Source: a bacterium
GTDB taxonomy: Bacteria; UBA10199; DSSB01
Reading direction: 5' to 3'
NCBI GenBank assembly: GCA_041746775.1
Contig: JBGTGJ010000222.1
Coordinates: 1-16,425, forward strand
DNA length: 16,425 nucleotides
Part shown: piece by piece, positions 16,010-16,425 of the stretch
Numbering within the stretch: position 1 is the stretch's first letter
Layout: every line of letters starts with the position of its first letter
Made by a program: the position numbers and the translations under genes
The notes under the pieces: generated by a model
What the model was told of the DNA's origin: nothing
The model's input: only the letters and a program-made list of their open reading frames with translations
The model's database searches: none

Positions 16010-16240
16010 AAAAATTCCTAAATTTGAGATAAAGAGCGAGCGGAATAAGGGGAGTAGCGACTCAAGTAAATAACAAAAATCAATTTAGGCTTATTATGAG
16101 GGAATTGAATGACTGCTTCAGTGACTTGAGGTTTAAGTCCTTTTTTCTTGGCATGAGCTCGATCTTCATCAAGCGCGACTGTGTCGATGTCTTTTAAGAG
16201 TTTTATTTGGAAAGATCTTATTTCTCATAATATACAAAAT

Positions 16241-16276
16241 AAAAAAACCCCTTCTGAGCGCCAGAAGGGGTTGTTT
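16241..16276. terminator. Bidirectional rho-independent terminator
   Basis: The sequence is A7-CCCCTTCTG-agcgc-CAGAAGGGG-TTGTTT, a 9-bp GC-rich stem. It lies 12-18 nt downstream of the stop of the partial minus-strand ORF at the window end. It reads as T-rich after the hairpin on the minus strand. Coordinates are +/-1 nt. Confidence 0.6.
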
Positions 16277-16287
16277 AAAATTTCAAA

Positions 16288-16425
16288 CTACATCTTAGTA
16301 AACGTCAAAGTTCCAACCGATCCTTTAGTTCCATCCTTCATAAAATGAGGATCATTCGACATCATCGTCGGTTTTTTAGGATTGGTATCGGCATCGGGGG
16401 CTTTATAGGTGGTGCCATCATCACC
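16288..16425 (-). CDS. C-terminal 45 codons of a minus-strand gene running off the 3' edge (unknown product)
   Basis: The frame is open from the window end to the TAG at 16290-16288. It translates to '...GDDGTTYKAPDADTNPKKPTMMSNDPHFMKDGTKGSVGTLTFTKM*'. A strong terminator follows. I recognise no motif. Confidence 0.4.
   Translation of the reverse strand, partial: GDDGTTYKAPDADTNPKKPTMMSNDPHFMKDGTKGSVGTLTFTKM

Noticed and set aside
16100-16230. Two tiny minus-strand ORFs (about 19 and 29 codons) upstream of the ABC-F gene as possible leader peptides
   Set aside because: Neither has a Shine-Dalgarno sequence. The ABC-F looks like a housekeeping Uup/YheS type rather than an antibiotic-resistance ABC-F.
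1-16425. Looked for CRISPR-like regularly spaced direct repeats, tRNA T-loop/acceptor signatures, rRNA, and tandem repeats
   Set aside because: None found. The only significant repeats are the two inverted REP copies at 13465-13510 and 14086-14131.

Overview
This 16.4-kb window reads as a bacterial chromosomal segment, probably Gram-negative given the Omp85/TamA-TamB pair and strong Shine-Dalgarno sites. Host-like genes sit at roughly 45-50% GC. Two short ~28% GC blocks (1-230 and about 3955-4960) are clearly different in composition.

Left to right:
- An AT-rich partial ORF running off the 5' edge (1-230).
- A Type I restriction-modification module: hsdS with two target-recognition domains (233-1438), a 122-bp spacer carrying a 12-bp inverted repeat, then a short IB/EcoEI-like hsdR (1561-3954).
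- An AT-rich gene for an unrecognisable 4-helix membrane protein (4024-4737).
- On the minus strand, a translationally coupled SPFH/band-7 gene plus a small DUF3817-like membrane protein gene (5333-6184 and 4971-5333).
- A bidirectional intrinsic terminator (6443-6481) and a small secreted Cys-pair protein (6494-6880).
- A DEAD-box RNA helicase (7049-8284).
- tamA (Omp85) and tamB-like genes coupled by a TTGA overlap (10739-12502 and 8379-10742).
- A GNAT acetyltransferase (12565-13425).
- A REP-associated tyrosine transposase flanked by inverted 46-bp palindromic (REP) repeats (13465-14131).
- A Uup/YheS-like ABC-F ATPase (14135-16009), a bidirectional terminator, and a partial minus-strand ORF at the 3' edge.

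I found no CRISPR array, tRNA or rRNA. The most interesting part is the restriction-modification neighbourhood. hsdS and hsdR are embedded between AT-rich, apparently foreign genes, one of them an uncharacterised multi-pass membrane protein. No recognisable hsdM lies where it would be expected. All functional calls rest on motif recognition by eye; no database search was possible.
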